Of a DNA stretch of 64,000 bases, positions 1 through 10,934 are shown piece by piece. The first letter of the stretch is position 1; each line of letters begins with the position of its first letter. The notes under the pieces are model-generated. The model saw only the letters and a program-made list of their open reading frames with translations, did no database searches and was not told the DNA's origin. The stretch covers positions 320,001 to 384,000 of the forward strand of contig CBDAOI010000003.1 in assembly GCA_965198005.1 (NCBI GenBank). Direction: 5' to 3'. The DNA is from Spirochaetia bacterium (GTDB taxonomy: Bacteria; Spirochaetota; Spirochaetia; SZUA-6; Bin103). The translations under genes were made by a program, and so were the position numbers.

Positions 1-102
1 AGAACGGCATCTTCACCTGCCACGTGACCGACCTGTTCGTGGGCGGCGCGAGCGGCGTCCGCCACCGGCAGCGCGGCACCGGCGCGCCGTAGGGCCGCCG
101 CC

Positions 103-1032
103 GTGCAGCAACCGCCCCGCGACCTGTCCCGCCAACCGGCCGCCGACGCCCCCCGCCACCCGCACCGCGTCGAGGCGTGGCTTGCGGCCGCGGAAGCGGC
201 GGCCGCGGCCGCCGCCGGCCGCGCGATCGTCCCCGGTACCGAGAAGCTCGTGGCGTGGAACGGCGGCGCGCCGCGGCGAACCGAACTCGCGCTGGTGTTC
301 ATCCACGGCTACACCGGCAGCCGGCAATCACTGGCACCGGTGCTGGAACAGGTGGCGGGACGGCTGGGCGCCAACCTGTTCTGCACGCGGCTGGCCGGCG
401 GCGGCCTGGACGCGGACGCCATCGGCCGCGTGACCCTGGCCGACTGGCAGCGTGACGTCGTAGAAGCGGGACTGATCGGCGCCGCCATCGGCCGGCGGGT
501 GGTGATGGTCGGCATGTCGACCGGCTGCCCGCTGGCCGCCTGGTGGGTGGCCGCGCATCCGGCGGCCGCCGCCCTGGTGTTCGTGTCGCCCAACTTCGGG
601 CCGTGCCGGCGCGGCGCCGGCATCCTGCTCACTCCGGTCGGCCCGCTGGCGGCGTGGCTGGCCTTCGGCCGCTACCGCGACCTGTCGGGCGAGGGTGAGC
701 TGCAGGATCGCTACTGGACCACCCGGCACCGGTCCCGCTCGCTGGTGCCGATGATGCAGTCGGTGCGGCTCGGACACCGGACCGCCCTGGAACGGATCGC
801 CTGCCCGAGCCTGGTGGTCTACACCGAACGCGACCGGCTGGTGTCGGTGCTCGAAATGAAACGGGCCTACGCGCGCCTCGGCAGCGCCCGCAAGCGGCTG
901 GTGAACCTGCCCGGGGCGGGCGGGCACGAGCTGGCCGGCACCATCCACGCGCCCGCGCAGGTCCCGGTCCTGAGCGCCGTGATCACGCGGTTCCTGCGCC
1001 GGGAAATCCGGATAACGCGACAATTTCCCTGA
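103..1032 (+). CDS. alpha/beta hydrolase (carboxylesterase-like)
   Basis: FIHGYTGS oxyanion motif, GMSTG nucleophile elbow, C-terminal D...GH. Confidence 0.8.
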   Translation: MQQPPRDLSRQPAADAPRHPHRVEAWLAAAEAAAAAAAGRAIVPGTEKLVAWNGGAPRRTELALVFIHGYTGSRQSLAPVLEQVAGRLGANLFCTRLAGGGLDADAIGRVTLADWQRDVVEAGLIGAAIGRRVVMVGMSTGCPLAAWWVAAHPAAAALVFVSPNFGPCRRGAGILLTPVGPLAAWLAFGRYRDLSGEGELQDRYWTTRHRSRSLVPMMQSVRLGHRTALERIACPSLVVYTERDRLVSVLEMKRAYARLGSARKRLVNLPGAGGHELAGTIHAPAQVPVLSAVITRFLRREIRITRQFP

Positions 1033-1107
1033 CAAAAGGGTACGATTGACCGGTGTCGGGGAGAGTGACTGCCCGAGCGATGGACGACGCGTACATAGAA
1101 CTCGTGA

Positions 1108-1320
1108 GGTCAAAACGGGGTTGGCGAAATCGGGTGGCATCACAGCGTCTGGACCCGGCGCGAGATCGTTCACTGCTCTGATGAAAAGATCCACGTGGAC
1201 ACGCAGTTCACCAGGTATCGGGAAGATGGATCGGTCATTGCGGCCCACGATTCCCTCTACGTCCTCACCTGCGAAAACAACAAATGGGGCGTCAAGATGC
1301 GGTCCAGCTATGCAAGATAG
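1108..1320 (+). pseudogene. C-terminal fragment of NTF2/SnoaL-like protein
   Basis: Frame reads GWHHSVWTRREIVHCSDEKIHVDTQFTRYREDGSV...WGVKMRSSYAR*; in-frame stop at 1105, no start. Confidence 0.55.
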
Positions 1321-1406
1321 AGACAATCGGGAATGTTGGGTGGCAGACCGTATCCGAGCGACGACCCGGGAGGTCGTCGAGCAGGCCCACGGCGGCGCGC
1401 TACCCC

Positions 1407-2651
1407 TCAGGGTTCGGGCAGGGTGGGGCCGCCCACCAGCAGCGCTTCGATTTCGGCCTCGGCCCGGCTCGGCCGCGCGTGCGCCACCAGGCGCAGCAGG
1501 CGCTGCAGCTCGGTGCGGTCCTCCAGCCGCGCCAGCGCGGGCACGGTCTGCTTCAGGTTTTGGAACCCGCGCTTGGCGTTGAGCCGCAGGCTGGGCGTGC
1601 GGCTGCTGCCGCGGATGCCGCTCTCCAGGCGCCGCAGATGGTGATAGCTGGCGTCCAGCGTGGCTGAGATCCCCTTGCCGGCCGCGCGGCGCGTGATTTC
1701 GTCCCGGATCAGGTCCTGCATCCGGTCGAGGTTGGTGCCGCCGCGATAGGTCACCCGCAACGGCACCGAGATCAGCGCTTCGCCCTCCACCGTGAAGCCG
1801 CTCAGCCACTCGGTGTAGAACCCGCTTTCCAGCACGATCGGGGTGGACCGCGGGATGAAGCGCAGGCGCTGCAGCTCGCTTAGGTGGGCGCGCTGGCGCG
1901 CGATCTCGCGCTGAAGCTGCAGGTCGCCGGGCGCCGCCGCCAACTGCTCCTCGAGCGGGGCCAGAAGCTCCTGTTCGATATAGCGGATCGCCTGTGACAG
2001 CGGCAGCTTGATCCGCTCGGCCACGATCAGTTCCTGCTCGGCATCGTGCTCCACGCCGTAGGGCGGGTCGGCCTGTCCCTCCCAGGCCGCGGTCGGCAGC
2101 AGGATGTTCACCAGCCGCCGCAGCGGGCGCGGCAGCCGCTCCGTATGGAACAGCGGCGCGTAGGTGTCGTCCCGCGCCGCGTACTTGCGCAGCGTCCGGG
2201 TGACGATCCGCGCCAGGGTACGGGTGGCGGTGGCCGGAATCGCCTCCGGCTCGAACAGCGCCCCACCGCCGCCCAGCACCAGTTGCTGGAACAACTCGCG
2301 CGCGCGCCGGTAGGCCGGGTCCTCCGCGATCAGCGCTCTCTGATCCTCCGAGACGCCGGCGGCCACCAGCTCGTCGAGCAGCGCCAGACCGGTGGTAGCC
2401 GCGTCCCGCGCCCGCTGATGCAGACGCGGCGCCGGTTCCCCGCTCGCGCGCAGCCCGGCCAGAATGGCCAGCGCCAACTCGAACCGGGTGCAGACCAGTC
2501 CCAGCAGGTCGTCGAGCTGCTTCAACCCGGCGTAGCGGCGGTCGTCGTGCGCCACGCGCACGGCCAGACGCGCCTCCTCCCCTTCGAGGCGCCGCACCGC
2601 CGCGCTCCACGAGCCTTCCGGCGGCAGGGGGACTGACCGTGACAGCCGCAC
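1407..2651 (-). CDS. hypothetical protein, helical/coiled-coil rich (start uncertain; ORF track extends to 2717)
   Basis: Long ORF with host-like codon usage, divergent from the glutaredoxin gene. Confidence 0.7.
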   Translation of the reverse strand: MRLSRSVPLPPEGSWSAAVRRLEGEEARLAVRVAHDDRRYAGLKQLDDLLGLVCTRFELALAILAGLRASGEPAPRLHQRARDAATTGLALLDELVAAGVSEDQRALIAEDPAYRRARELFQQLVLGGGGALFEPEAIPATATRTLARIVTRTLRKYAARDDTYAPLFHTERLPRPLRRLVNILLPTAAWEGQADPPYGVEHDAEQELIVAERIKLPLSQAIRYIEQELLAPLEEQLAAAPGDLQLQREIARQRAHLSELQRLRFIPRSTPIVLESGFYTEWLSGFTVEGEALISVPLRVTYRGGTNLDRMQDLIRDEITRRAAGKGISATLDASYHHLRRLESGIRGSSRTPSLRLNAKRGFQNLKQTVPALARLEDRTELQRLLRLVAHARPSRAEAEIEALLVGGPTLPEP

Positions 2652-2718
2652 CGGGGCAGCATGCCGCCGCCAATCGAAGGCGGTCAACCGGCCCCGGTTG
2701 GCGTATCTTGAAGCCACT

Positions 2719-2955
2719 ATGGCGGTTCGGATCTACTCCACTCCCACCTGCACCTTCTGTCACCAGCTCAAGGACTACCTGCGTGACCGGCAGGTGAAGT
2801 TCGTGGACTACGACGTATCGCGCGACCAGCGCAAGGCGGGCGAGATGCTGCACAAGTCGCGCCAGACCGGGGTGCCGGTGCTCGATTTCCACGGCACCAT
2901 CGTGGTCGGCTTCGACAAACCCAAGGTCGACCGGCTCATCGCCAAACACCGCTGA
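2719..2955 (+). CDS. glutaredoxin/NrdH-like redoxin
   Basis: IYSTPTCTFC, GVPV and VGFD motifs. Confidence 0.9.
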   Translation: MAVRIYSTPTCTFCHQLKDYLRDRQVKFVDYDVSRDQRKAGEMLHKSRQTGVPVLDFHGTIVVGFDKPKVDRLIAKHR

Positions 2956-4010
2956 GGCGCCGCTGGCTAGGGGTGGCGATGATCCGGCAATGTCCGCGAG
3001 GTTGTTGTCGTGGTCTCATTCGTGCAGACGCTGTCCAACAGCGCTGGGTCGTAGCGCAACGGTCACAGCGGCAAGGTGCTGGACGCATTCGAGCTTTTGA
3101 CGGCGACGTTCGCAGCATCTAGCACGGTTGACCTGCGCACGGACTGGTACGGGGAGAAGGGCGGATTTGGACGTGAGAAACGGCTCCATGAGGGCCGTCA
3201 GCAGGGGCATCGAAGGGGAGTAGGTCGATGATGTCGCCCGCCGGAGAAGCTCGATGCCCTGATCAATGCCCTGCTCGATACCCTGCCCGATGCCTTCCTT
3301 GAGGCCCTGCTCGCGATCCGTCTCCTGCGCTAATCAATTGAGAACTCTTGAGACTAGGTCGCGCCGCGCATCAGGAGGCCCGCCATAATTGGAAGGCTTA
3401 CACCGGAATCGCTGGTAACTTTGCCCGGAATGCCTGGTAGGGTTCGGCCGGAATGCCCAAGCCAGGGATCGAGGACGCCAGAACAGAGTTGGAGAACATT
3501 TCGACCAGGGCACGGCTGATGATCTTGAGGAGAAGGTAGCCCAAACGCTGAGCCCAACGGATCGACGCCGATTTCGATGCCTCGACGTACCTTTGCCATC
3601 ATCGGCGGGATCGGCGAAGTAGGTGGTGCCGGCCGCGCCCTCCCAGTCCGGCGATCGGCTTGGTGTTGGAGTACATGCGAAACAGCGCGTCGGACCTTGA
3701 AGACAACCTGCAAACCGGACACGGTCCAGGTGACACTGGTCTGTCTCGTCCGGAGAGACTGCGACACGCGAACAAGGGGCCTTCGCACACAGTTCAGCGC
3801 CCGCTAGCTCCTCTACGTCGCCGGCAACGCCGCCGGCGCCTCAGCCACCTGGTAGCTGTAGCGGTACGTTCGAAACCTGTCCAGGAGGGGGAGCTTCTTC
3901 CTTCTTTTTTGGGGCCCAAACCGCCACGCGCCCAGCCGCTGGGCTTGCGTAGCGACGGGTGGCGCGGTAGGGTAGCCGAATCCCGGAGTGGTGAATCGAG
4001 AGGTGACGCG

Positions 4011-4865
4011 ATGAGGTTAGAGGGCAAGGTGGCGCTGGTGAGCGCGGCCGGGCGAGGTATCGGTCGGGGCATCGTCCTGGCATTGGCACGCGAGGGGGCC
4101 GACATCGCGCTCAACTCGTTTAGCGAGGAGTCGACCGCGGCGGTGGCGGCGGAGGTCGAGGCCCTCGGCCGGCGGGTATTGGCAGTGTCTGGCGACATCA
4201 CCGCCCCGCAGCAGGTGACGGCGCTCGTCGACCGCGCGATCGAGACGCTGGGCGGCATCGACATCCTGGTGAACAACGTCGGCGGCGGCGCCCAGGACGC
4301 CGTGGACCCAGCGCACGGCCGGCTGGCCGAGGTGGCTGCGGCCTGGGACGGGACCTACCTGCTCACCCTACGTGCACCGGTGCTCATGTCCGAGGCGCTG
4401 GCCCCGCACTTCCAGGAGCGCAAGGCGGGTCGGATCGTCAACATCGGCTCCAACGCCGGCCGCTACACCGGCTCGCAGCGGTCGCTCGCCTACGTCTCCT
4501 CTCCACAGTACGCGGCCATGAAGACGGCAATCACCAGCTACTCCCAGACCTTGGCGCGGCGGCTCGGCCCACACGGGGTAACGGTCAACTGTGTGTGCCC
4601 GGGCATCGTACTGACGGACGCCTGGCGCGGGACCTCACGCCGGGTCGTGAAGCAGCTCGAGGAGTATCGGCACCTGACGCCGGAGGAATGGTTCGCGGGC
4701 ATCGCCGAGAGCAAGTACCCCGATTTTCTGGCGCCGGTTCCCCTCGGCGAGCTGCCAACCATCGAAGACGTGGCCCAAATGGTGCTGTTCTTCACCGTGC
4801 CGGAGTCGAGGCATCTGACCGCGCAGGTGGTCGCGGTTGACAGTGGTCAGGTGATGACCCGCTGA
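4011..4865 (+). CDS. SDR family oxidoreductase
   Basis: SAAGRGIG, NNVG, YAAMK, VNCVCPG; RBS gaggtg. Confidence 0.9.
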   Translation: MRLEGKVALVSAAGRGIGRGIVLALAREGADIALNSFSEESTAAVAAEVEALGRRVLAVSGDITAPQQVTALVDRAIETLGGIDILVNNVGGGAQDAVDPAHGRLAEVAAAWDGTYLLTLRAPVLMSEALAPHFQERKAGRIVNIGSNAGRYTGSQRSLAYVSSPQYAAMKTAITSYSQTLARRLGPHGVTVNCVCPGIVLTDAWRGTSRRVVKQLEEYRHLTPEEWFAGIAESKYPDFLAPVPLGELPTIEDVAQMVLFFTVPESRHLTAQVVAVDSGQVMTR

Positions 4866-5032
4866 CGGGAGAGGTGGCGAAACTGATTGATGTCACTTCG
4901 ACGGCTGAGCGCCAGCTGGTCGCAGACGACGCGGTCGTTGGCGGGATCGAAGCTGCTGCCGTGTGTGTGTCCGGCGCTCGTCCTCCCCTAGCTTCAGCTC
5001 AGTTTTCCCGCGGCTGGTTACTCAGAGTATCG

Positions 5033-5495
5033 TTACGCGTGCGATGCAGCTTCGACTCTGCCTGCCAGGGATTGGAAGAAGGCGCTGTCCCACAGCTCCA
5101 GATCGGCTTCGTCGCGGATGAACGGGCGTACGTCACTTCTTGCCTGATCGAAATCCACCTGTTGGAATCGGCGCCGCAGAAGCTGGCAGAGTTGAGCGGC
5201 GTCGAGTTCGCGGGCATGCTTCCAGTGGCCCGTCTGCGTCATGCGGGCCTGCAGATGGCGGACGTTGCAGGGGATCTGTCGTCCCAGATACCAGAGGAAG
5301 TCGTAGAAATCGCGGCCTTTCACGCGGCCCTTCCAGTCGCGGCAGAGAATGGCGTGCAGCTTGCCGGCAAACAGACACGGCAGATCGAACAAGCGCACGT
5401 GGAACGGAATCGGCGTAAGCAGCGGGAGCACTTCGTACTCGGCCAGGGGCGGCGGATCGGTGTCGAGCTCGATTCTGATCCGCACCTGCTGTAAG
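5033..5495 (-). pseudogene. AbiEii/AbiGii-type nucleotidyltransferase toxin, C-terminal half
   Basis: IRIELDTDPP...LFAGKLHAILCR...KGRDFYDFLWY; N-terminus missing. Confidence 0.75.
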
Positions 5496-5613
5496 TCCGG
5501 AAGGCGGGCGCGCAAATAGTCGGGCGTACCGATGTGGGTGAGGTTGATGCGCGTCCCCCCCTTGAACGGGATTGGTGCGAAGGCGGTTCGGTATTCTATC
5601 TGTCTGCGCGCGC

Positions 5614-5995
5614 TCACAATTGTGCATCCAGGCGAACTGGTCTGACTGGGTACTGTGAGGGGAGTGGTCGGTTCAGGAAGTGTCGATGGTGGGTACGAAC
5701 GGCGTATCGGTGGAAGACGCGGGCCAAGGCGTCGATGGCGCCGACCGCATTCTTGCGGGCGGTCGAGATGTAGGAGCGGATCCGGCAGAAGGCGTTGGCG
5801 CCTTCGTCGGTGCGGAACGTGCCGGAGATTTTCTGCTGCACCTTCATCATGCGAATGTCGCCTTCAGCCAGATTGTTGGTGAATGGGACATTGAGGTCGT
5901 ACATGAAAGCCAGGACTTCCTGGCGGTGCTGGTCGAGCCGTTCGAGCAGGTTTCTGGGCTTGGTCTTTTTTCTTCTCCCGCGCTTCTTGGTTGCG
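5614..5995 (-). mobile_element. IS66-family transposase C-terminal remnant
   Basis: NLLERL...[27 protein letters not shown]...RSYISTARK. Confidence 0.8.
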
Positions 5996-5999
5996 CCTG

Positions 6000-6195
6000 C
6001 AGGTCGAATGACCAGTATGCTCAGCCGCAGGATGGTCAGATTCTGCTGATACTGAAGGCCCCGATCCATTGTCACCAGGACATCGAAGCGTTCATGGGCA
6101 CGTTGCAGGAGATCGGCTTGAACCGTGGTGACTTGGTGCCCCACCAGTGCAGCGACGAGATCGCGCGGCAGGTTTTCGTCAAGCAGAACGCGCAC
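6000..6195 (-). pseudogene. DUF5615 PIN-like toxin, truncated and fused in frame to the IS66 remnant
   Basis: [10 protein letters not shown]...[17 protein letters not shown]; follows DUF433. Confidence 0.75.
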
Positions 6196-6406
6196 TGGCC
6201 AGGACGGAGCTTCGGGCAAGTTCCAGCGTGGCAAGTGCCTGGGTACGCGAAACCGACGGAAACTGGTCCAGGAACCGGTCGAGTGTTTCTCCGCCCTCCA
6301 GGTAATCGAACAACGCTTTCACCGGCACGCGTGTTCCGCGAAACACAGGTGTACCACCGGAGATTTCGGGATCACTGACGACGTCCAACGATCGATCAGC
6401 CTGCAT
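6179..6406 (-). CDS. DUF433 antitoxin (VapB45-like)
   Basis: [25 protein letters not shown]...FLDQFPSV. Confidence 0.85.
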   Translation of the reverse strand: MQADRSLDVVSDPEISGGTPVFRGTRVPVKALFDYLEGGETLDRFLDQFPSVSRTQALATLELARSSVLASARSA

Positions 6407-6508
6407 GGGCACTATTGTAGCAGACGCCTCCGCGTCCCATGCAACCGGCATATTGCTTTGCTTTCAATTGCGCTGACGGCGTACTGCTCGGAGGGGAGAC
6501 CTACTTGG

Positions 6509-6964
6509 TCACAAACGCCGCTGCCCGACACAAAGGTAAATGGCGCCAGCGTAGAACTCCTGGTACAGGACCTCGTCCAGGTGCCGCCTGACTGACTTCC
6601 AGGGCGTTCGCTCGGCGTAGCCAGGGCCCACTCCAAAGGGCCGGAGGAGCCAGGCTCCGAAACGAACCATCCACTCCGGCAAACCTTCCGGTCGCTTCAT
6701 CTCCAAGATGGCCAGGCGTCCTCCGGGACGCAGAGCCTCCGCCGCCCGCCGGATCACACCGTCGTAATCATCGACCATCGTCATCGCGAAGGTGGACAGC
6801 ACGCCTCCGACGTTGCCCGGAAACTCGTAGTCGGCCACGTCGCACTGCACCAAATCGACGTTCGCCCATCCCGCGCTCTCCGCACGATGCCGGGCTTCGC
6901 GCAGCATGGCATCGGTAAGGTCGACGCCGACGATGCGCCCTGAGGCGGTGACACCGCGTTCCAA
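6509..6964 (-). pseudogene. class I SAM methyltransferase, N-terminally truncated
   Basis: IVGVDLTDAML, ALRPGGRLAI; motif I absent. Confidence 0.7.
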
Positions 6965-6974
6965 CCACGGAAAG

Positions 6975-7163
6975 TTTCTTCCCGTGCCAGATCCCGCAGC
7001 GCCAGCAGCGCCGAGGTCTTGCCGGTCTGCCGCGGCGCGTGCAGCACGAAGTACTTCTTGTCCCGGATCAAGCCGAGCACCGCGTCGAGATCGATCCGTT
7101 CCAGGGGCGGGATGTGGTAGTGGTCCGCGGCCACAACGGGCCCTCCGTGTTGAACTTGCGCAC
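6975..7163 (-). pseudogene. AAA-like ATPase N-terminal fragment, frameshifted
   Basis: RKFNTEG/PV..DHY...YFVLHAPRQTGKTS Walker A, then cut off. Confidence 0.75.
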
Positions 7164-7372
7164 GGTCACCTTCGTCGCAGAGTACGGCTCGGCTGTCATC
7201 CTCGAGCTGCATCTCGTCCTCGTGGGTCACGCGGCCGTTGTCGTCGACCAACCGCGACCGCCAGCCGTCGTGAGTTGGGGTGATGTTAGCGACTACACTC
7301 GCTGTCACAGCGCCGCGGAAGGTTCCCGTACGTCGACCTCGGTGCGGCCGCGAAAGTGGCGGGCATTCCAGG

Positions 7373-7648
7373 TTACGAACGTCGTATCTTCCGCCTTTTG
7401 GGCTGGCCCAGCGCCTCCTCCACCGTTGCAAAGGCGGGTTCGCTGTCGAGGAGGACCGACTCGATCTCCTCCCACGCTTCAGCGAACGGCCTGGCCGGCT
7501 GGCGCGGCTCATCGCGCGGCGCGAACGGAGCAAGGACCGCCACCGGCTTACCGCGCCTGGTAATGACGAACCGCTCCCCCGTACCGATCTCGGCAAGCAG
7601 CCGGGGCGTGTCCTGCCGCAACTCCTTGACCGTGGCAAATCTTACCAT
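7373..7648 (-). CDS. Phd/YefM antitoxin; downstream PIN toxin reduced to a short tail (FVTWNARHF)
   Basis: ATVKELRQDTPRLL...FVITRRGKPVAVL. Confidence 0.8.
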   Translation of the reverse strand: MVRFATVKELRQDTPRLLAEIGTGERFVITRRGKPVAVLAPFAPRDEPRQPARPFAEAWEEIESVLLDSEPAFATVEEALGQPKRRKIRRS

Positions 7649-7653
7649 AGGCA

Positions 7654-7672
7654 CCTTTAGAATACCTAAAGG
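7654..7672. promoter_or_regulatory. palindromic operator over the antitoxin promoter
   Basis: cctttag-aatac-ctaaagg overlapping TATTCT (-10 on minus strand). Confidence 0.55.
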
Positions 7673-7760
7673 GGGTCTTTTTATCCACCTGCGGTGTGCA
7701 GTAGTGGAGCAGGGCCGTCCTGGCCGCGAAGGGCGCCTGCGAACACGTCAACACGTGTAC

Positions 7761-8775
7761 TCAGGGCTGACCAACTCCGCGGCGGCGGGACTTGGCGCCC
7801 CCGTAGCGGCCGGCGGTGCCGCGCAAGCGCGGGTCGAGCAGGTCGCGGACCGCGTCGCCGAACATGTTGAGACAGTACACCGTCACCGTCAGGAACAGTC
7901 CGGGCCACAGTGCCAGCCGCGGCGCCAGCTCCATGTACCTCCGCCCCTCGCGGCTGAGCATGCCACCCCAGCTCGGCACGTTCACCGGCAGCCCGAAACC
8001 GAGAAAGCTCAAGCTGGCCTCGGCGATGATCACGCCGCCGACGTTGATGGTGAAGATCACGATCAGCGGCGCGGTGATGTTGGGCAGCACGTGGCGCACC
8101 AGGGTCCAGCGCCGGCGCGCGCCAACCGCCTCCGCCGCCTGGAAGTACATGTTCTCCTTGACGCCGAACACCGCGCCGCGCACCACCCGCGACGCCGGGA
8201 TGCCGCCGGTGACGCCGAGCACCACGATCACCGTGACGATGCTGCGATCGACGAACGACATGATGGTGAGCAGCAGCAGCAATCCCGGGAACGACATCCA
8301 GGCATCGACGAAGCGCTGGGTGTAGACGTCGACCCTGCCGCCGATTAAGCCGGTGGTGCCGCCAACCAGCAGCGCCACGATGGTTGTTCAGCACGGTCGC
8401 CGTCAGCCCCACCAGCAGCGACACCTGGGCGCCCTTGAGGATCCGCGCCAGCACGTCGCGGCCGGCGTGATCGGTGCCGAGCGGGTGCTCGGCCGAGGGC
8501 GCCTGCAAGCGGTCCTGCACGCGGCCGATGTCGTACACGTGCGGTGTCAGCCGCTCGGCAAAGATGGCGACGAAGATCAGCCCCAACAGGACGACGCCGG
8601 CCGCGGCTCCCAGCGGCTGCTGCCGCAGCAGTCGACGGAAGAAGTCGGCCACCGGTCGGCGCCGGCCGTTGCGCCGGCCGCCGCCCGCGTCACGCGCCGC
8701 CTCACCCACCGGAGCGCCGCCCGCGTCGACGGCGAGCGGCGCATTCGGTGCATTCCGCGCATTCGGCTCACTCAT
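7761..8775 (-). pseudogene. peptide ABC permease DppC/OppC, frameshifted near 8385
   Basis: HPLGTDHAGRD in one frame; EAA loop, HVLPN and EASLSFLG in another. Confidence 0.75.
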
Positions 8776-9712
8776 AGCGGATCCTCGGATCCAGGTAGGC
8801 GTACGCCACGTCGGTCGCGAGGTTGATCAGCACCACCACCGAGGCGAAGAACAGATTCACGCCGGACACCACCGGATAGTCGCGAAGGTTGAGCGCGCTC
8901 AGCATCAGGCGACCGAGCCCGGGCAGATTGAAGATGGTCTCGATGATGACCGAGCCACCGGCAATGATGGGCAGCTGCAGCCCGATCAGCGTGACGACCG
9001 GGATGAGGGCGTTCTTGACGGCGTGGCGCAGCACCACCTTCCGCTCCTCCAGGCCCTTGGCCCAGGCGGTCCTCACGTAGTCCTGGCGCAGGACCTCCGG
9101 CATCATGGTGCGGGTCATGCGCATGGTGCTGGCCGCCAGGTAGGTCCCCAGGATCAGGGCCGGAAAGACGAACATGGTGAGGTTGGCCAGCGGGTCGACG
9201 TCGAAGCGGACGTGTACTATCGGAGGCGTCCAACCCCACCAGATAGCCGGGTAGATGATAACCAGCAGCGCGAGCCAGAAGTTCGGGGTCGCCAGGCCGA
9301 TGATCGCCGCCGAGCGGCCGGCGTAGTCGGCCACCGTGTACTGCCGAATCGCCGAATAGATGCCTATCGGTACCGCGATGATCAGGCCGGTCAGGATTGC
9401 CAGCAGCCCCAGCTCGAGGGTCACGCCTATCCTGGTGGCCATCATCGCCTCCACCGTGTCGCCGCTCGAGCCGGCATACAGCGATCTGCCGAGGGTGCCA
9501 CGCACGACGATGTCCCCGATCCACCGCGAGTACTGCACGTAAACGGGGACGTCGAGCCCGAGCCGCTTCTTCGCGGCAGCGATGTCGATCGCGCCGCCGC
9601 CTTCGTAGCCCATCCGGGCGACCATCACCTCGATGATGTTGCCGGGAATGAAGCGCACCGAGAGAAACACGAGGATGGTGACGACGAACAGGGTCGGGAT
9701 GACCAGCAGCAT
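8768..9712 (-). CDS. peptide ABC permease DppB/OppB, 5' end probably lost
   Basis: LGLDVPVYVQY, TPNFWL, QDYVRTAWAKGL, RDYPVV, LDPRIRY. Confidence 0.8.
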   Translation of the reverse strand: MLLVIPTLFVVTILVFLSVRFIPGNIIEVMVARMGYEGGGAIDIAAAKKRLGLDVPVYVQYSRWIGDIVVRGTLGRSLYAGSSGDTVEAMMATRIGVTLELGLLAILTGLIIAVPIGIYSAIRQYTVADYAGRSAAIIGLATPNFWLALLVIIYPAIWWGWTPPIVHVRFDVDPLANLTMFVFPALILGTYLAASTMRMTRTMMPEVLRQDYVRTAWAKGLEERKVVLRHAVKNALIPVVTLIGLQLPIIAGGSVIIETIFNLPGLGRLMLSALNLRDYPVVSGVNLFFASVVVLINLATDVAYAYLDPRIRYE

Positions 9713-9739
9713 GGCGGCGATGGCGGTTCGTGCTCCCGG

Positions 9740-10110
9740 CAAATATCGGTCGAGCTGACATCGTCGGGAACGCACAGCACCACCGGTCCGGGTTTGCCGG
9801 TGGTGGCCACGCGCAGCGCCTGGCCGAAAATGGCGTCCAGTGACCTCGGATCGGTGACGCGCACCTGCCACTTGCTGACCGGCTTGAACATGTCCATTTG
9901 ATCCAGCGCCGTCACACACGCCCACGCGACCGGTAATGCGCGCGTAGGCATCGGCCGCGTAGCCGCCGCTGCGCCCATCGCGCATCAGCACGTGCGAAAT
10001 GCGACCGGGCAACCGGCGGATGCCCTCGTAGAGAGGCAGCGTCTGACCGCCTGGGACACCGAACACCCTGTCTATGCCGCTTGCCACGAGCAAGCGGGCC
10101 AATCTTTCGC
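9740..10110 (-). pseudogene. TPP-binding (acetolactate synthase-like) N-terminal fragment
   Basis: VFGVPGGQTL, ADAYARITGRVGVC, then ATTGKPGPVVLCVPDD in a shifted frame. Confidence 0.75.
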
Positions 10111-10660
10111 CACCCCGCAGACTGGGGTCCAGCAGGTCTCTCAGCGCGTCGCCGAACATGTTGGTGCCCCAGACAACGGTGAACAGGGACAGCCCGGGCC
10201 ACAGCGCCAGCGCCGGGACCCGCTCCATGTAGCGGCGTCCTTCTCAACTCAGCATCCCGCCCCAGCTCGCGACATCGGGGGGCAGCCCAAGACCGAGGAA
10301 GGTCAGCGACGCCTCCGCAATGATCACGTCGCCTATGGTCACGGTAAAGATGACGATCATCGGCGCCATGATGTTGGGCAGCACATGGCGCAGGATGGTC
10401 CTGCCGCCGCCTGCACGTACACGTTCTCCTTGATGCGGATCACCGCACTGCGCGCGATTCTCGAACCGCTGATGCCGCCGGCAATGCCCAGCACCAGGAT
10501 GATCTGCAGCCGGCCCTGGCCGACCAGCGACATCACCGTAATCAGAATGAGCAGCCCCGGGAAGGCCATCCAGGCATCGACAAACCGTTGCACGACCATG
10601 TCGAGCTTGCCGCCGAAGAACCCGGGCGTCGCGCCGATCAGCAGCGCCACCACCAGGTTG
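10110..10660 (-). pseudogene. second DppC-type permease fragment with several frameshifts
   Basis: QRFVDAWMAFPG, HVLPNIMAP, LWPGL spread over three frames. Confidence 0.75.
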
Positions 10661-10664
10661 ATGC

Positions 10665-10934
10665 TGGTTGCAGCTCGCCCAGTGTCGGGGTCGGGATACC
10701 GAGGCAGCCAATGTGGATGAACGGCAGGATGCGCACTGCCGCCCCGTCGATGGCGGTGCGGCGGAACTCGGCGAAGTTGACGCAGCCGCAGGTGCCCGCG
10801 TCGACCGCGGTGGTGACCCCGCCGCGCAGCGCGGCGCGAGGATCGACGCCGTACAGGCTGCCGTCGATGTTTGCCGCCGGATTGATGACGTGACCTCCCC
10901 GCAGCAGCAGGGTCGGCTCGCGCAGCGTTTTCAT
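10665..10934 (-). pseudogene. amidohydrolase/dihydroorotase-like N-terminal fragment with internal deletion
   Basis: LLLRGGHVINPA...GVTTAVDAGT; HxH region missing. Confidence 0.65.

Noticed and set aside
3354-3900. ORFs 3354-3788 and the N-terminal extension of the SDR
   Set aside because: No recognisable motifs; the SDR has a good RBS and ATG at 4011
5614-6234. Novel PIN-transposase fusion protein
   Set aside because: Both parts are truncated, so a deletion junction is the simpler explanation
7681-7689. Isolated DnaA-box-like TTATCCACC
   Set aside because: Single imperfect copy far from oriC, inside a TA promoter
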